Below, piece after piece: positions 1 to 9,955 of a stretch of DNA of 64,000 bases; positions within the stretch are counted from its first letter, which is position 1, and each line of letters opens with the position of its first letter. The stretch lies in the NCBI GenBank assembly GCA_003153015.1, contig PMBS01000254.1:9568-73567 (forward strand), read 5' to 3'. The DNA comes from Myxococcales bacterium (lineage in GTDB: Bacteria; Myxococcota_A; Polyangia; Fen-1088). The position numbers and the translations under genes are program-made. The notes under the pieces are model-generated. The model was not told the origin of the DNA. It did not search any database and worked only from the letters and a program-made list of their open reading frames with translations.

Positions 1-248
1 TGCGTAGCGTGAGCGACGAAAGGCTCACTGAAACCGAGCTCCATTCCGACAAGAAATTTCGACAGAAGACATCGGGCCAGGATTCGATCCAACGAACCAC
101 TTCGAGCCAGGCGATCCGGCTTGCGCTCTTGCACGGCCGTGGGTTGCTGCAGGGGCTTCGAACATAGCGCATTGGGCAATTATACGCCTTCGGCCAAAGT
201 CCAGCATATTCCACTCCATGGCATCTATTTCACCATGCAATCTCCCTT

Positions 249-842
249 CTACTCCATCACGCCCGCGTCCGCGCCCGCCAGAACCACTGCCCCCTGGCGC
301 AAGACCTGGACGCTCTCGCCGCGCACGCGGGCCAGGGTGCTGGGCTGGCCTCCGGGGGTAGTGCCGCCGTCGAGGATCAAGAAGCGCGGCGAACTAAAGT
401 AAACGGCGACCTCGCTGGCGGTGCGGGGTGGGGCTGCGCCTGCGGGGTTGGCGCTAGTGGCGGTGATGGGGCGGCCCGCGGATTCGACCAACGCTTGCGC
501 AAGTGGGTGCGGCGACACCCGAACTGCCACGCAGCCCTCAGTCACGATCGACGCGGGCACGCCCGGTCGCGCGGGCAGGGCCAGGGTCAGCGGGCCGGGC
601 CAGTAGCGCGCCATCAAACGCTCGGCCGTCGGCGAAATCTCGACACACAAAGATGCCAGCATCTCGCGCCCTGAAACCAGGAGCGAGAAGGCCTTCTCTG
701 CCGCGCGTCCTTTTAGGGCGCGCAACTTGGACAGTGCGCTCTCATTGAGGGCGTCGACCGCCAGGCCGTAGAAGGTCTCGGTTGGAAAGGCGACGACTTC
801 GCCGCGAGCAATGGCCGCGGCTGCTGCAGCGATGTCTACCAC
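249..842 (-). CDS. tsaC: L-threonylcarbamoyladenylate synthase (TsaC/YrdC/Sua5 family)
   Basis: Motifs VAFPTETFYGL, KGR, WPGPLTL, TATSAN; GTG start overlaps the purE stop. Confidence 0.93.
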   Translation of the reverse strand: MVDIAAAAAAIARGEVVAFPTETFYGLAVDALNESALSKLRALKGRAAEKAFSLLVSGREMLASLCVEISPTAERLMARYWPGPLTLALPARPGVPASIVTEGCVAVRVSPHPLAQALVESAGRPITATSANPAGAAPPRTASEVAVYFSSPRFLILDGGTTPGGQPSTLARVRGESVQVLRQGAVVLAGADAGVME

Positions 843-1339
843 TTCTCGCGCACTTCTGCGTCGGCCTCCAAAACCTTCTGCAGCCGCGCCTCGCGCTCGC
901 CCGCCACGGCCTTGGCCAGCTTGGCATCGCCGAGCGCGATTATCTGTGCGGCCAGCAATCCCGCGTTCTCCGCGCCGCCAATGGCCACAGTGGCCACCGG
1001 AATTCCTGGGGGCATCATGGCGGTGGACAGAAGCGCGTCCATGCCTTGCAAGCTGCCGGCCACAATGGGCACGCCAATCACCGGGTGGGTGGTGTGTGCG
1101 GCCACTGCGCCGGCCAAGTGGGCTGCGCCGCCCGCGCCGCAGATGAAGACCTTGGTGCCTGCCTTAGCCGTGTCGCGCACATACGCCGCGGTCTGCTCGG
1201 GCGTGCGATGGGCGGACAGCACGCGCACGTCTACGCTCAGGCCGAGCTTGCGGCAGGTTTGCGCCGCTGGTTTCATGATCTCGAGGTCGGATTTCGACCC
1301 CATAAGAACGGCTACGTCGCTTCCTAGCTTTCCGCTCAT
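836..1339 (-). CDS. purE: N5-carboxyaminoimidazole ribonucleotide mutase
   Basis: VLMGSKSD, SAHRTP, GAGGAAHLAG, MPPGIPVATV; ATG at 1339 overlaps the purD stop (ATGA). Confidence 0.96.
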   Translation of the reverse strand: MSGKLGSDVAVLMGSKSDLEIMKPAAQTCRKLGLSVDVRVLSAHRTPEQTAAYVRDTAKAGTKVFICGAGGAAHLAGAVAAHTTHPVIGVPIVAGSLQGMDALLSTAMMPPGIPVATVAIGGAENAGLLAAQIIALGDAKLAKAVAGEREARLQKVLEADAEVREKW

Positions 1340-2655
1340 GTTCGTCCTCGCAGGCCAATGTCTTTTCGAAAATGCATGCCTCTCCACCCAATACGGTCGA
1401 TTCCGGCGTACGCCCGTGCGCGCGCCTCATCCAAGTCCACGCCCCGCGCGGTCACGCCCAGCACGCGGCCGCCACTGGTGAGCAGGCGCTGTCCGTCACG
1501 CTTGGTGCCGGCGTGAAACACGACCAAGTCTGTGCCCTCGCCGGCGAGCTGGCCGTCCTCAGCCAAGCCGTCGATCGCGTCGCCGCTGCGCACTTTGCCG
1601 GGATAGCCCGCGGCTGCCAGCACCACGCACACCGCGATGCCGGGCGACCAGGTCGGTGAGCCGCCCGGCAGCTTGCCCTGGGCTGCGTGGAGCAACCAAG
1701 GCAAAAGGTCATCTTGCATGCGCGGCAATACCACCTGAGTTTCGGGATCGCCGAAGCGGCAGTTCCACTCGATGACCATGGGTCCGCGCTCAGGGGTCAG
1801 CATCAGCCCGCCGTAGAGCAGCCCGCAAAACGGCCGGCCCATGGCAGCCATGGCGGCCACGGTGGGCGCAAAGATGGTTCGGGCAATGCGCTCGGTGAGA
1901 GTCGCGTCCACCAGAGGCGAGGGCGAATAGGCGCCCATGCCACCGGTATTGGGCCCGCGATCCCCGTCGAACACCGCCTTGTGATCCTCGGCCGTGGCCA
2001 GCAACACGAAGCGCTCGCCATCGCACAGGGCCATCATGGAACACTCGCGGCCAAAGAGCCGCTCCTCGATCACCACGGCGGCGCCCGCCTCGCCGAAGCT
2101 GCGGTCTAGCAGCATGGCGCGGGCCGCGGCCTTGGCCTCGTCGTGGCTCGACGCGACCACCACGCCCTTGCCCGCGCACAGCCCGTCAGCCTTGACCACC
2201 ACGTCGCCGGGCTGACCGTCGATGAACGCCTCGGCCGCGGCGAGGTCATTGAAGCTGCCGTAGGCCGCGGTAGGCACTTGGGCGCGCTTCATCAGGTCCT
2301 TGGCGAATCGTTTCGATCCCTCGATCTCGGCGGCTGCCTGCGACGGGCCGAAAAACGCAATCCCCCGCTTGGCAAAGGCATCGCCCAGTCCCTTGGCCAG
2401 GGCCGCTTCCGGGCCGCACACCACGAAATCAATGCGTTCGCGCTCGGCCAGCGCCAGCAGATCAGCCACCGCCTCGGAACCCACCGGCGCCAGGGTGACC
2501 TTGCCAGCGCCCGGCCCCTTGCCGCGGCCAAGGGCCTCGATGCCGGGGTTGCCTGGCGCAGCCACCAGGTGAGCGCAAAGCGGGCTCTGCAGCAGCTTCC
2601 AGGCCAGGGCGTGCTCGCGCCCGCCTGAGCCGACGAGGAGAATCCTATGTTGCAT
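1336..2655 (-). CDS. purD: Phosphoribosylamine-glycine ligase
   Basis: [54 protein letters not shown]; start trimmed to ATG 2655. Confidence 0.97.
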   Translation of the reverse strand: MQHRILLVGSGGREHALAWKLLQSPLCAHLVAAPGNPGIEALGRGKGPGAGKVTLAPVGSEAVADLLALAERERIDFVVCGPEAALAKGLGDAFAKRGIAFFGPSQAAAEIEGSKRFAKDLMKRAQVPTAAYGSFNDLAAAEAFIDGQPGDVVVKADGLCAGKGVVVASSHDEAKAAARAMLLDRSFGEAGAAVVIEERLFGRECSMMALCDGERFVLLATAEDHKAVFDGDRGPNTGGMGAYSPSPLVDATLTERIARTIFAPTVAAMAAMGRPFCGLLYGGLMLTPERGPMVIEWNCRFGDPETQVVLPRMQDDLLPWLLHAAQGKLPGGSPTWSPGIAVCVVLAAAGYPGKVRSGDAIDGLAEDGQLAGEGTDLVVFHAGTKRDGQRLLTSGGRVLGVTARGVDLDEARARAYAGIDRIGWRGMHFRKDIGLRGRT

Positions 2656-2900
2656 CTGGAGATTCGTCAGAGGGGTCGACAACCGATAGCCCTGCGGACT
2701 TTGCCTTGTCGGCACGAGACGCCGGGGTGCTTCCGGCCGGCCGGGCATCCAGCATGAAGTGCGGCTCGCGAATCACGGCGAAGCGGCCACCCAACATGAA
2801 CGCCGGGGTTCTGACTGCGGGTGGTGAAACGGCTGGCGCCATCCAGGAACGCACGACCGGTATGCTCTTGCTGGACGACTGCTTGGGCTGCAGGCCCTTT

Positions 2901-2934
2901 GACTGTCGACTGTCGTTAGTCAACTGCCGACTCC
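2901..2934. repeat. Short degenerate heptamer tandem repeat (GACTGTC)n in the purH-purD spacer
   Basis: gactgtc gactgtc gttagtc aactgcc gactcc, period 7. Confidence 0.6.
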
Positions 2935-2973
2935 TTCCTGACCTCGTCAATAACGAAGTCGCAACCGATCCCA

Positions 2974-4527
2974 CTAGTGCCGGAAGTGGCGCTCGCCGGT
3001 GAAGACGAGTGCAAGCTTGTGTTCATCAGCCGCGGCGATGACTTCGGCGTCGCGCACGGATCCGCCGGGCTCGATAATGGCAGTGACGCCGGCCTTGGCA
3101 GCTTCGTCCACGCCGTCGCGGAAGGGGAAGAAGGCGTCGGAGGCGAGCACCGAGCCGGCCAAGGAGGAGCGCGCCTTGGATACCGCCAGCTTGACCGAGT
3201 CCACGCGCGACATCTGGCCCGCGCCCACGCCCAGGGTGCGGCCGCCGCCCACGAACACGATGGCGTTGGACTTCACGTGCTTGGCCACGCGCCAGCCGAA
3301 GTCGAGGTCAGCCAGCTCCTGCGCAGTGGGCTTGCGCGCAGATACGATCTTGCCCGCCGAGGCCGCGCAGGTGGTGATGTCGCTCGATTGCACCAGCATG
3401 CCACCCGAGATGGCGCGCAGGTCGAGTTGCCCGGCTACGCCGGGCGCCAACTTGGCGCGCAGCAAGCGCAGGTTCTTCTTGCCGGAAAAGACCTGCAAAG
3501 CTTCGGGTGTGTAATCGGGCGCCACCACGCATTCGAGAAAACCTTCGCCCATCATGCGCGCCAGATCCGCGTCGGCGGTGCGGTTGAAGGCCACGATGCC
3601 GCCAAAGGCAGACGCGGGGTCGGTTTCCTTGGCCAAGCGAAAGGCTTCATTGACACCCTTGTCGGACACGGCGATGCCGCAAGGGTTGGTGTGTTTGATG
3701 ATGCACGCCGCGGGGGTTTCAAATTCCGCACACAGCTTCATGGCTGCGTCCAGGTCGAGCAGGTTGTTGTAGGAAAGCTCCTTGCCCTGCAGCACCTCGG
3801 CCTTGGCCAGCGACATTCCCGAAGGCGCGTCCCATGAATAGAAGGCGGCCTTCTGGTGGGGGTTCTCGCCGTAGCGGAGCACGCGCTCCAGGTGCAGCGA
3901 GGGGTGCATGGTGGCGGGGAAATCCGAGGCGACACTGCCGTTGTCCGCCAGACGGCCGAGGTGGCTGGCGATGGCACCGTCGTAGGCAGCGGTGTGGGCA
4001 AAGGCCTTGCGGCAAAGCTGGAAGCGTAGGGCGGCCGAAACCTCACCCTTGCTTTCGATCTCGCCCAGCACGCGGTCGTAGTCCTTGGGATCGACTACTA
4101 CGGCCACGCGTTCGTGGTTCTTCGCCGCCGAGCGCACCATGGCCGGGCCGCCGATGTCGATGTTTTCGATGACCTCGTCGAAGGCCGCCCCGCGCGCCAC
4201 GGTCTCGCGGAATGGGTACAGATTCACCACCACCAGATCGATGGGATCGATCTTGTGCTCCTTCATCTGCTTTTCATGCTCGGGCGTGGGCCGGCCCAGG
4301 ATGCCGCCGTGCACGCGCGGGTGTAGCGTCTTCACCCGGCCGTCGAGCATCTCGGGGAAGCCGGTGAAGTCGCTCACGTCGCGCACGGTGAGCCCGGCTT
4401 CGCGCAGCGAGCGCGACGTGCCACCGGTGGAGAGAATCTCGACACCCAGCTTGGCCAACCGGCGGCCGAGATCCACAACGCCGGTCTTGTCGGAAACCGA
4501 GATGAGGGCGCGCGTCACCTTGCTCAT
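2974..4527 (-). CDS. purH: Bifunctional AICAR transformylase/IMP cyclohydrolase
   Basis: ALISVSDKTG, GRVKTLHP, IDIGGPAM, LRYGENPHQ, GAGQMSRVDS, ASDAFFPF, terminal RHFRH. Confidence 0.98.
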   Translation of the reverse strand: MSKVTRALISVSDKTGVVDLGRRLAKLGVEILSTGGTSRSLREAGLTVRDVSDFTGFPEMLDGRVKTLHPRVHGGILGRPTPEHEKQMKEHKIDPIDLVVVNLYPFRETVARGAAFDEVIENIDIGGPAMVRSAAKNHERVAVVVDPKDYDRVLGEIESKGEVSAALRFQLCRKAFAHTAAYDGAIASHLGRLADNGSVASDFPATMHPSLHLERVLRYGENPHQKAAFYSWDAPSGMSLAKAEVLQGKELSYNNLLDLDAAMKLCAEFETPAACIIKHTNPCGIAVSDKGVNEAFRLAKETDPASAFGGIVAFNRTADADLARMMGEGFLECVVAPDYTPEALQVFSGKKNLRLLRAKLAPGVAGQLDLRAISGGMLVQSSDITTCAASAGKIVSARKPTAQELADLDFGWRVAKHVKSNAIVFVGGGRTLGVGAGQMSRVDSVKLAVSKARSSLAGSVLASDAFFPFRDGVDEAAKAGVTAIIEPGGSVRDAEVIAAADEHKLALVFTGERHFRH

Positions 4528-4639
4528 GGGCTGGTTTCTATCACAGCCGCGAGCGTCGATGGGAGGTCACATTAAAACGGAACGAGATCGCCAGGTTGGC
4601 GGATGAGCGCCTGCGCAGCCGGGCGGCTTGCGCCCGCGC

Positions 4640-5020
4640 TCAGGCCGGCGAGCGCCGATCCGCGTTCCGTGCCCCCACGCCATCGGCTCGCGGCGAACCC
4701 TCGTCCGACAGCAGAAGCTCAGCAATCCGCTGGTGCGTGAGCGCGCTGACCACCATGGGATCTGGTGTTTCAGTTATTCTCCAACCGCTTTCGACTGGCA
4801 CCAGGGAGAGCTGCGTGGCGTCGGTCGCGTCGGGGGAAGCATCACCTACGTTCCAGTCGCTGTTCCGGCGCTCCGTCCACGGATCGTCTGCGGGTTGCGT
4901 GGTGTCCGACTGGCTAGGGGGAGCGTCGCCCACGTTCCAGCCGTCGCTCCGGCGTTCCGTCCGCCATGGATCGTCTTCGGCGAGAGAAGTGATCACGCAG
5001 GCTTCTTGTAGAATTCTCAT
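4640..5020 (-). CDS. Small acidic orphan protein with an internal duplicated motif DDPW(R)TERRxxxWNVGDA
   Basis: The DNA-level duplication keeps frame; GGAG upstream of ATG 5020; Pho-like box at 5066-5093 on the same strand. Confidence 0.5.
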   Translation of the reverse strand: MRILQEACVITSLAEDDPWRTERRSDGWNVGDAPPSQSDTTQPADDPWTERRNSDWNVGDASPDATDATQLSLVPVESGWRITETPDPMVVSALTHQRIAELLLSDEGSPRADGVGARNADRRSPA

Positions 5021-5065
5021 GCCTGATCCGTACTCCGATTGCAAAAAGTCGTCGGCGCCGTCTTG

Positions 5066-5093
5066 GCAACATTTGCGTGGCGCGCCTGTGACA
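5066..5093 (-). promoter_or_regulatory. Pho-box-like direct repeats
   Basis: Minus strand TGTCAC-N5-CGCCAC-N5-TGTTGC (plus-strand hexamers at 5088, 5077, 5066; 11-bp period). Confidence 0.55.
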
Positions 5094-5481
5094 CGGGCTG
5101 GGACTTGATGTCGCCTATTGGAACACGGCGCAGCGCGATGCGTCTAATTCAATGTGCCGGTTGTGCAAGAGTTTTCCATCACGTCACCTGTTCGTTTCCG
5201 GAGCTCGCCAAACTCTGCCCCATGAGATCGGAACGCCGTTTGGCCGCCAGCCGGGTTGACCGGGCACATGTCCCGACCGGCCCTCCAGCCGTGCGCCGGA
5301 TTCCAGTTGCCCGAGCCGACGACACGCCTGGTGTTTCCGTGCTCAGCAGGACGCTAGCCAGGACAATCATAACACCTTCGCGCCCCAAGATCGCCTCGCG
5401 TCGCACGAGTCTCGGTTGCCTGGCCGAGGACGCGCCTCGCTGCGACTGGACGGCCGCGGCTCGCACAGGAGTTCACCTATC

Positions 5482-6198
5482 ATGACTGAGCAGGTGTGCA
5501 TTGACCGAGAATACCAGGATGACGTTCGGCGCTTGCGTGTACAACTGATCATGATGGGCGGTCGGGTCGAAACCCTCCTCGGCGCCAGCGTAAGGGCACT
5601 CACCGAGCGCGACCCCGAACTGGCCCACCGAAGCGTCGAGTCCGATTGCGCGGTCGAACAACACGAGATCGCGGTCGATTGCCTCTGCCGCAGAATTCTC
5701 GCGCGTCGCCAGCCGTTGGCCTCGGATCTGCGCTTCGTCACGAGTTCGCTCAGACTCGCGACCGATCTTGAGCATATTGCCGATCTGGGCGTCAGCATAG
5801 GACGGTGCGCGCTCGATCTGTGCGCCGAGGCGCCACTCCAACCCGAAGTGGGCCTTCCTCGCATGGCCACCGAGGTCGAGTCTATGTTGCACGAAGCCCT
5901 CGATGCGTTCGTCACGTCCGATGCAAGCAAAGCCGAGAAGGTCATCGCTCGTGACCGGTTAGTTGGCAACCTTTCCGCCCAGATCTTTTGCGAATTGCTT
6001 ACCCACGTAGGCGAGAACACTCAATGCATCACGCGGGTTTTGCGGCTGCAGTCAGCCGTCAAGTACGTTGAGCGCGTCGCAGACCATGTCGCCAACCTAT
6101 GCAAGATCGTCGCATTGATCGTTGGCGGAGAAGGTGCTCGCGACGCCGACAACTCGGGAGATTCTATTCGTGCTGTTCCGAACCACGAAAGAAACTGA
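5482..6198 (+). CDS. phoU: Phosphate signalling protein PhoU (divergent, Cys-rich)
   Basis: ILARRQPLASDLR, DLEHIAD, KYVERVADHVANL; AGGAG RBS before ATG 5482. Confidence 0.9.
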   Translation: MTEQVCIDREYQDDVRRLRVQLIMMGGRVETLLGASVRALTERDPELAHRSVESDCAVEQHEIAVDCLCRRILARRQPLASDLRFVTSSLRLATDLEHIADLGVSIGRCALDLCAEAPLQPEVGLPRMATEVESMLHEALDAFVTSDASKAEKVIARDRLVGNLSAQIFCELLTHVGENTQCITRVLRLQSAVKYVERVADHVANLCKIVALIVGGEGARDADNSGDSIRAVPNHERN

Positions 6199-6214
6199 AG
6201 AGACTCGCAGCCTG

Positions 6215-7057
6215 ATGACCCGAACTCCGACGGGCCACGGCGCGCAGCCCACGCGTGCCCCGCAGCCGCTTAGCGCGGAGACGGCGCGCCGGTGCAAGGC
6301 TCGAGTCCTGCTGGTGGAGGACGAGGCGGATCTGGCCACCAGCCTCTCCTACAATCTGGAAGCGGCCGGCTACCAGGTGTCGAGCGCGATGGACGGCACA
6401 GCGGCACTGCGGCTGGCGACTGCCCAACCACCGGACATCGTTCTGCTGGATCTCATGCTGCCCGACATATCGGGACTGGAGGTGTGCCGACGGATTCGCG
6501 CCAGCGGCCAGACGCCTCAGCCGATCGTGATCATGGTTACCGCACGCGGTGAAGAGGTCGACCGCGTGGTGGGATTCGAGGTGGGTGCTGATGACTACTT
6601 GGTCAAGCCGTTCAGCGTACGCGAGTTGCTCCTCCGCATGGAGGCGCGGCAGCGCGCCCAAAGCGTTGCCGACGAGCACGAGCACGTCGGCACAGCCGGA
6701 GCTGCGCCGGGCAAGGCTCGCATCACCATCGGCAACCTCGAGGTTGACTCCGACTCCCACCAGGTCTTCGTCAATGGCAGCGAGGTTCACGTGAGTGCGC
6801 TCGAGATGCGTCTTCTGTTGCACCTTTTGGCAGTGCCAGGGAAAGTCCGCTACCGACGCGAGCTGCTGACCGAGGTGTGGGGCTACCACCCGGAGGTCTC
6901 CAGTCGGACTCTGGACACCCACGTGAAACGACTGCGCCAGAAGCTGGGCGAGGTCGGTGCCTACATCCATACGGTTCGCGGGGTGGGCTATCGCATCGTC
7001 GCACAGTCCGCCACGTCTGAGCCGCGCAAGCGAGATCCGGAAGGCAACAAAGGCTGA
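6215..7057 (+). CDS. OmpR/PhoB-family response regulator, PhoB-like copy 1
   Basis: VLLVEDE, LLDLMLPDISG, VTARGEEVDRVVGFEVGADDYLVKPF, EVWGYHPEVSSRTLDTHVKRLR, TVRGVGY; lies directly after phoU. Confidence 0.92.
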   Translation: MTRTPTGHGAQPTRAPQPLSAETARRCKARVLLVEDEADLATSLSYNLEAAGYQVSSAMDGTAALRLATAQPPDIVLLDLMLPDISGLEVCRRIRASGQTPQPIVIMVTARGEEVDRVVGFEVGADDYLVKPFSVRELLLRMEARQRAQSVADEHEHVGTAGAAPGKARITIGNLEVDSDSHQVFVNGSEVHVSALEMRLLLHLLAVPGKVRYRRELLTEVWGYHPEVSSRTLDTHVKRLRQKLGEVGAYIHTVRGVGYRIVAQSATSEPRKRDPEGNKG

Positions 7058-8784
7058 CAAAGATCGCGGCCAGTCGGGGCGATGGCATCGCGGGACAGGC
7101 CCAGCAGCGAAGCCAACGTGCGGGTGAAGGCATCGAAGCGTAGCGGTTCCGTGACCAACGTGCCTGCGGGCACACGGCCCGGCGCCCGCAGGTAGAGCGG
7201 CACGCTGCGGTCGAAGCGGCGGGGCGAACCGTGGTTGGTGCCCAGACCCGGATCGAGCTCGGCATCGAAGAAATCGTCCTGGTCCAGCTCGACGAAAAGG
7301 TCTGCGGCTACCTCGACCGGAAGCGACCGGCACAAGAGAGCGTCTGCGCGATCCGGGGAACAGGTGCGGGCGACCTGACGCACGTCCAGCACGGTGCGCA
7401 CGCGGAAGGACTGGCGCAAAGCCTTCTGGGCCACGCGGACGAGCCGCGCCTGATCTGCCGGCGCGACGGACGGCTTGGTCAGGTAGACAAAGGGGCCAGC
7501 CACGCCAGCAACCCAAGGTCCGGGACCGCCAAATTCGCGGGTCAAGGCACTGTCCAGAACCTCGCGCACGGTGTGTCCGGCTGCTGTGGAGCCGGCCTTG
7601 GCAGCTCCGCGCAGACGTCGAGTGGGGGCACAGGGTCGTTGCCAGGGGTCTGGGCTGGCGCACCAGGAGCGCTCGGCCGGCGCCAATTCAGGCAATGGGT
7701 TGATGCCGTGATCGCCGGTAAGGATGACGGCATAGGCGGTCGCGCCCACGGTCGCGTCGAGGAACGAGAAGAACCGCGCCAAGGCCTGGTCGAGCCGCAG
7801 CAGCTCGTCCCATGCCTCCCAAGACTGTGGCCCAAAGAGATGCCCGATGTAGTCGTTGGCGGAGAGCGACAGCGCAAGGAAGATAGGCTTGGAGGAATTC
7901 GCCGGATCGTTTACCGCCGCCTCCGCTAGCCCGAGTACGAGGTCGTCACCGAAGGGCGTGGAGCGCAGGGCCTCCGCCGATGAAACCGCGTGAGGGAAGT
8001 GATTCCCGAGAATGTGCGTCGATTCGCCCGGGTGAGCATCATTCGGGTAGGCATGTCGTGCGACCCACGCGCGCTCCTCCCCTTCCAGGGTCCAGGGTTT
8101 TTGCAGCAGTTTGGCCAAAGCCCCGCCGCCTCCGGCGTTTGCCGCCCATTCCGGCAGTTGCCCGTCCCCGGCAAACGGATTTGAACTGACCATGCGGGCC
8201 GACTTGGTGTCGAGCCACAGCACGAGGTCGGGATTGCGGCCGCCGCCAAACAACGCGCCACGATCTTTGAGAGAGAAACTGAATATGCGTCCCTTCGGAT
8301 GCGCTGCGCGCCACAGGTCAGCAACTGTGGCCACGTCCGAACGGAGGACTATGAGTGAGCTGCCCTCACCCTGCACAGACGTGCTGTCGGCAGCAACCAG
8401 GCGCGTGGCGCGATCACGAAGAATCGACACCTTGTCGACGTCACCCGGCCGGAGAATCTCGTTCGAGTAGATTCCGGTCTCGCGCGGCACACGCCCGGTG
8501 TACAGCGCCGCATGCCCGGGCGCGGTCTCGGTGACCGCATGCTGGAACTCCATTTCGCGCCCATAGAGTCCCTCGCGGCTCAGGCGGGTAAAGCCGCCGT
8601 TCGCAGGCAACTCTTGCGCCCGCTCTGCCATCACCCACGCCGCCAGTTGATCCACCACGATCGCCACCACCACGCGATAGCCTGTCCCGCCTGCCGGGCC
8701 AGTGGAAACCAGCTCACGTGTGGCATGGCACGTGGACAGGGCCGGCAGGGCGAGCGTGAGCGCGAGAAACCCAGATCTACTCAT
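6988..8784 (-). CDS. Alkaline phosphatase superfamily enzyme (PafA/PhoK-like, Thr nucleophile), probably exported or a lipoprotein
   Basis: IVVDQL, GGFTRLSREG, TETAPGHAALYTG, SLKDRGA, DYIGHLFGP, TGDHG, NHGSP; N-terminal hydrophobic segment ending in LSTC. Confidence 0.88.
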   Translation of the reverse strand: MSRSGFLALTLALPALSTCHATRELVSTGPAGGTGYRVVVAIVVDQLAAWVMAERAQELPANGGFTRLSREGLYGREMEFQHAVTETAPGHAALYTGRVPRETGIYSNEILRPGDVDKVSILRDRATRLVAADSTSVQGEGSSLIVLRSDVATVADLWRAAHPKGRIFSFSLKDRGALFGGGRNPDLVLWLDTKSARMVSSNPFAGDGQLPEWAANAGGGGALAKLLQKPWTLEGEERAWVARHAYPNDAHPGESTHILGNHFPHAVSSAEALRSTPFGDDLVLGLAEAAVNDPANSSKPIFLALSLSANDYIGHLFGPQSWEAWDELLRLDQALARFFSFLDATVGATAYAVILTGDHGINPLPELAPAERSWCASPDPWQRPCAPTRRLRGAAKAGSTAAGHTVREVLDSALTREFGGPGPWVAGVAGPFVYLTKPSVAPADQARLVRVAQKALRQSFRVRTVLDVRQVARTCSPDRADALLCRSLPVEVAADLFVELDQDDFFDAELDPGLGTNHGSPRRFDRSVPLYLRAPGRVPAGTLVTEPLRFDAFTRTLASLLGLSRDAIAPTGRDLCQPLLPSGSRLRGSDVADCATMR

Positions 8785-9287
8785 TGCGTGCGACCGGAGG
8801 GAGCGCCTGGCGAACTCCCGGGGCAATCCATTGAAACGGCTCGACTTGAGTTGTCCTGGACAAGCTCGCTGCCAGCGCGACGAAATGCCCATGCCGGCGG
8901 CGGTCTCCCATCAGCGGCGAAAGGAACGAAGCCACAGCGGCCAAGCAACAAGAAAAAGCGCGTCCCAATCCCAGGCACACGGCATGCGTTTGCCTCGAAA
9001 TCGCTGTGGAAGCTGCCACAGATCACGAAGTCAAAACCTGGCAAGCGAGGTGACGCGTGATCCGCCACCATGCTCCACGCGGCGGATGGCTCATCAAGCG
9101 CGATCACTCGGAACCCTCTGGCGCGAAGCACTCGGCTCATCCAGCGTCGGGACTCTGCGTCCTGCAGTGCGACCAAGATCCGGGAAGACGGCTGGACACT
9201 GACCGGTTGGCCACCGTTGTCGTTGAATGCGCGGGTATTGAAATCTCTGCATGCGATGGAAGTGGGTGTGAGAGTCGAGGTCGCCAT
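8781..9287 (-). CDS. Atypical receiver-like (pseudo-receiver) protein coupled to the phosphatase gene
   Basis: RILVALQDAESRRWMSRVLRARGFRV...FDFVIC resembles a receiver fold without the acidic residues; AAGGA RBS; stop overlaps the phosphatase ATG (ATGA). Confidence 0.5.
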   Translation of the reverse strand: MATSTLTPTSIACRDFNTRAFNDNGGQPVSVQPSSRILVALQDAESRRWMSRVLRARGFRVIALDEPSAAWSMVADHASPRLPGFDFVICGSFHSDFEANACRVPGIGTRFFLLLGRCGFVPFAADGRPPPAWAFRRAGSELVQDNSSRAVSMDCPGSSPGAPSGRTQ

Positions 9288-9339
9288 GGGTCTGGTCCTT
9301 TCGCTTGACCAAGTATTGGCCAACTCCCCAGTCACGCTC

Positions 9340-9356
9340 GTGGCACCTCGGTGACA
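9340..9356 (-). promoter_or_regulatory. Pho-box-like repeat upstream of the pseudo-receiver/phosphatase operon
   Basis: Minus strand TGTCAC-N5-TGCCAC (plus-strand GTGGCA 9340, GTGACA 9351). Confidence 0.6.
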
Positions 9357-9425
9357 AGTCGGAAGAGAAACCGGGTTGGCGTCCTCCACCTTGCTCTGGT
9401 GGCGAGGGCGAAAGCGTCCGAACCG

Positions 9426-9464
9426 GGTCTCGCAAATGTCGCGCAACGGTAACGCTGTGTTCAC
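9426..9464 (+). promoter_or_regulatory. Pho-box-like array upstream of small ORF 9553
   Basis: GGTCTC 9426, TGTCGC 9437, GGTAAC 9448, GTTCAC 9459 (11-bp period). Confidence 0.55.
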
Positions 9465-9552
9465 GGAGACCCCGCTATGTTGGGTTTGGGTTCCACAGCT
9501 ACTACCCAACCTGCGAACCACAGTCAACCGAACCCGTGATTTGGAGGAGGAA

Positions 9553-9849
9553 ATGAACGACCCAAATGCAAATTCGCACGAAAAGCCGAGCAATTGCGTC
9601 CCTGGCGAGCGGGAAAGAAGGAACGTGCCGGCCGTCATTCCGAACAAGAATCCATGGGACGACAACGAACCCACTTGGCCGGGGACGGAGTACGACGACG
9701 ATGAGGCCGTGGCCGACGGGATGTGCGACGACGACAATGACCCGCCTTGGCCGTGGATGTCTGCGCTTCTCGCCTCTCCGCAACCGTCGCTGTGGGACGA
9801 AGCCATCGCCAGGATCCTCGCCTCCAAGTCCCGCAGCGACTCGGTCTAA
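9553..9849 (+). CDS. Small acidic Asp/Pro/Trp-rich orphan protein (98 aa)
   Basis: GGAGGAGG immediately upstream of ATG 9553; upstream Pho-like array. Confidence 0.55.
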   Translation: MNDPNANSHEKPSNCVPGERERRNVPAVIPNKNPWDDNEPTWPGTEYDDDEAVADGMCDDDNDPPWPWMSALLASPQPSLWDEAIARILASKSRSDSV

Positions 9850-9855
9850 TCGCCT

Positions 9856-9955
9856 AGGGAGCCAGGGTTCCCATGATCGCGTAGGCGAAGGCGGGCTTAG
9901 CCCGCCGGAGCCAGAGCGCGGGAGGGTGTGGGAACCCTTTCAGGGTTCCCACATC
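9856..9955. repeat. REP-like palindromic element, copy 1
   Basis: Hairpins GGCGGGC-TTA-GCCCGCC and TGTGGGAACCC-TTTCA-GGGTTCCCACA; related to 10072-10140 and 59223-59363. Confidence 0.75.

Noticed and set aside
25..240. 71-aa ORF and a GGATCGAATCC T-loop-like word near 72-92
   Set aside because: No motif support for the ORF; the T-loop consensus is broken and there is no cloverleaf
4528..4640. ZMP/ZTP or purine riboswitch upstream of purH
   Set aside because: Could not find the expected conserved elements by eye; an Rfam scan would be needed
6164..7663. 499-aa minus-strand ORF
   Set aside because: Overlaps the response regulator and the phosphatase in other frames; no recognisable motifs
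9288..9827. N-terminal extension of the 348-aa ORF 8781-9827
   Set aside because: Antisense to the small ORF at 9553 and runs across promoter-like repeats; only the part from ATG 9287 is retained
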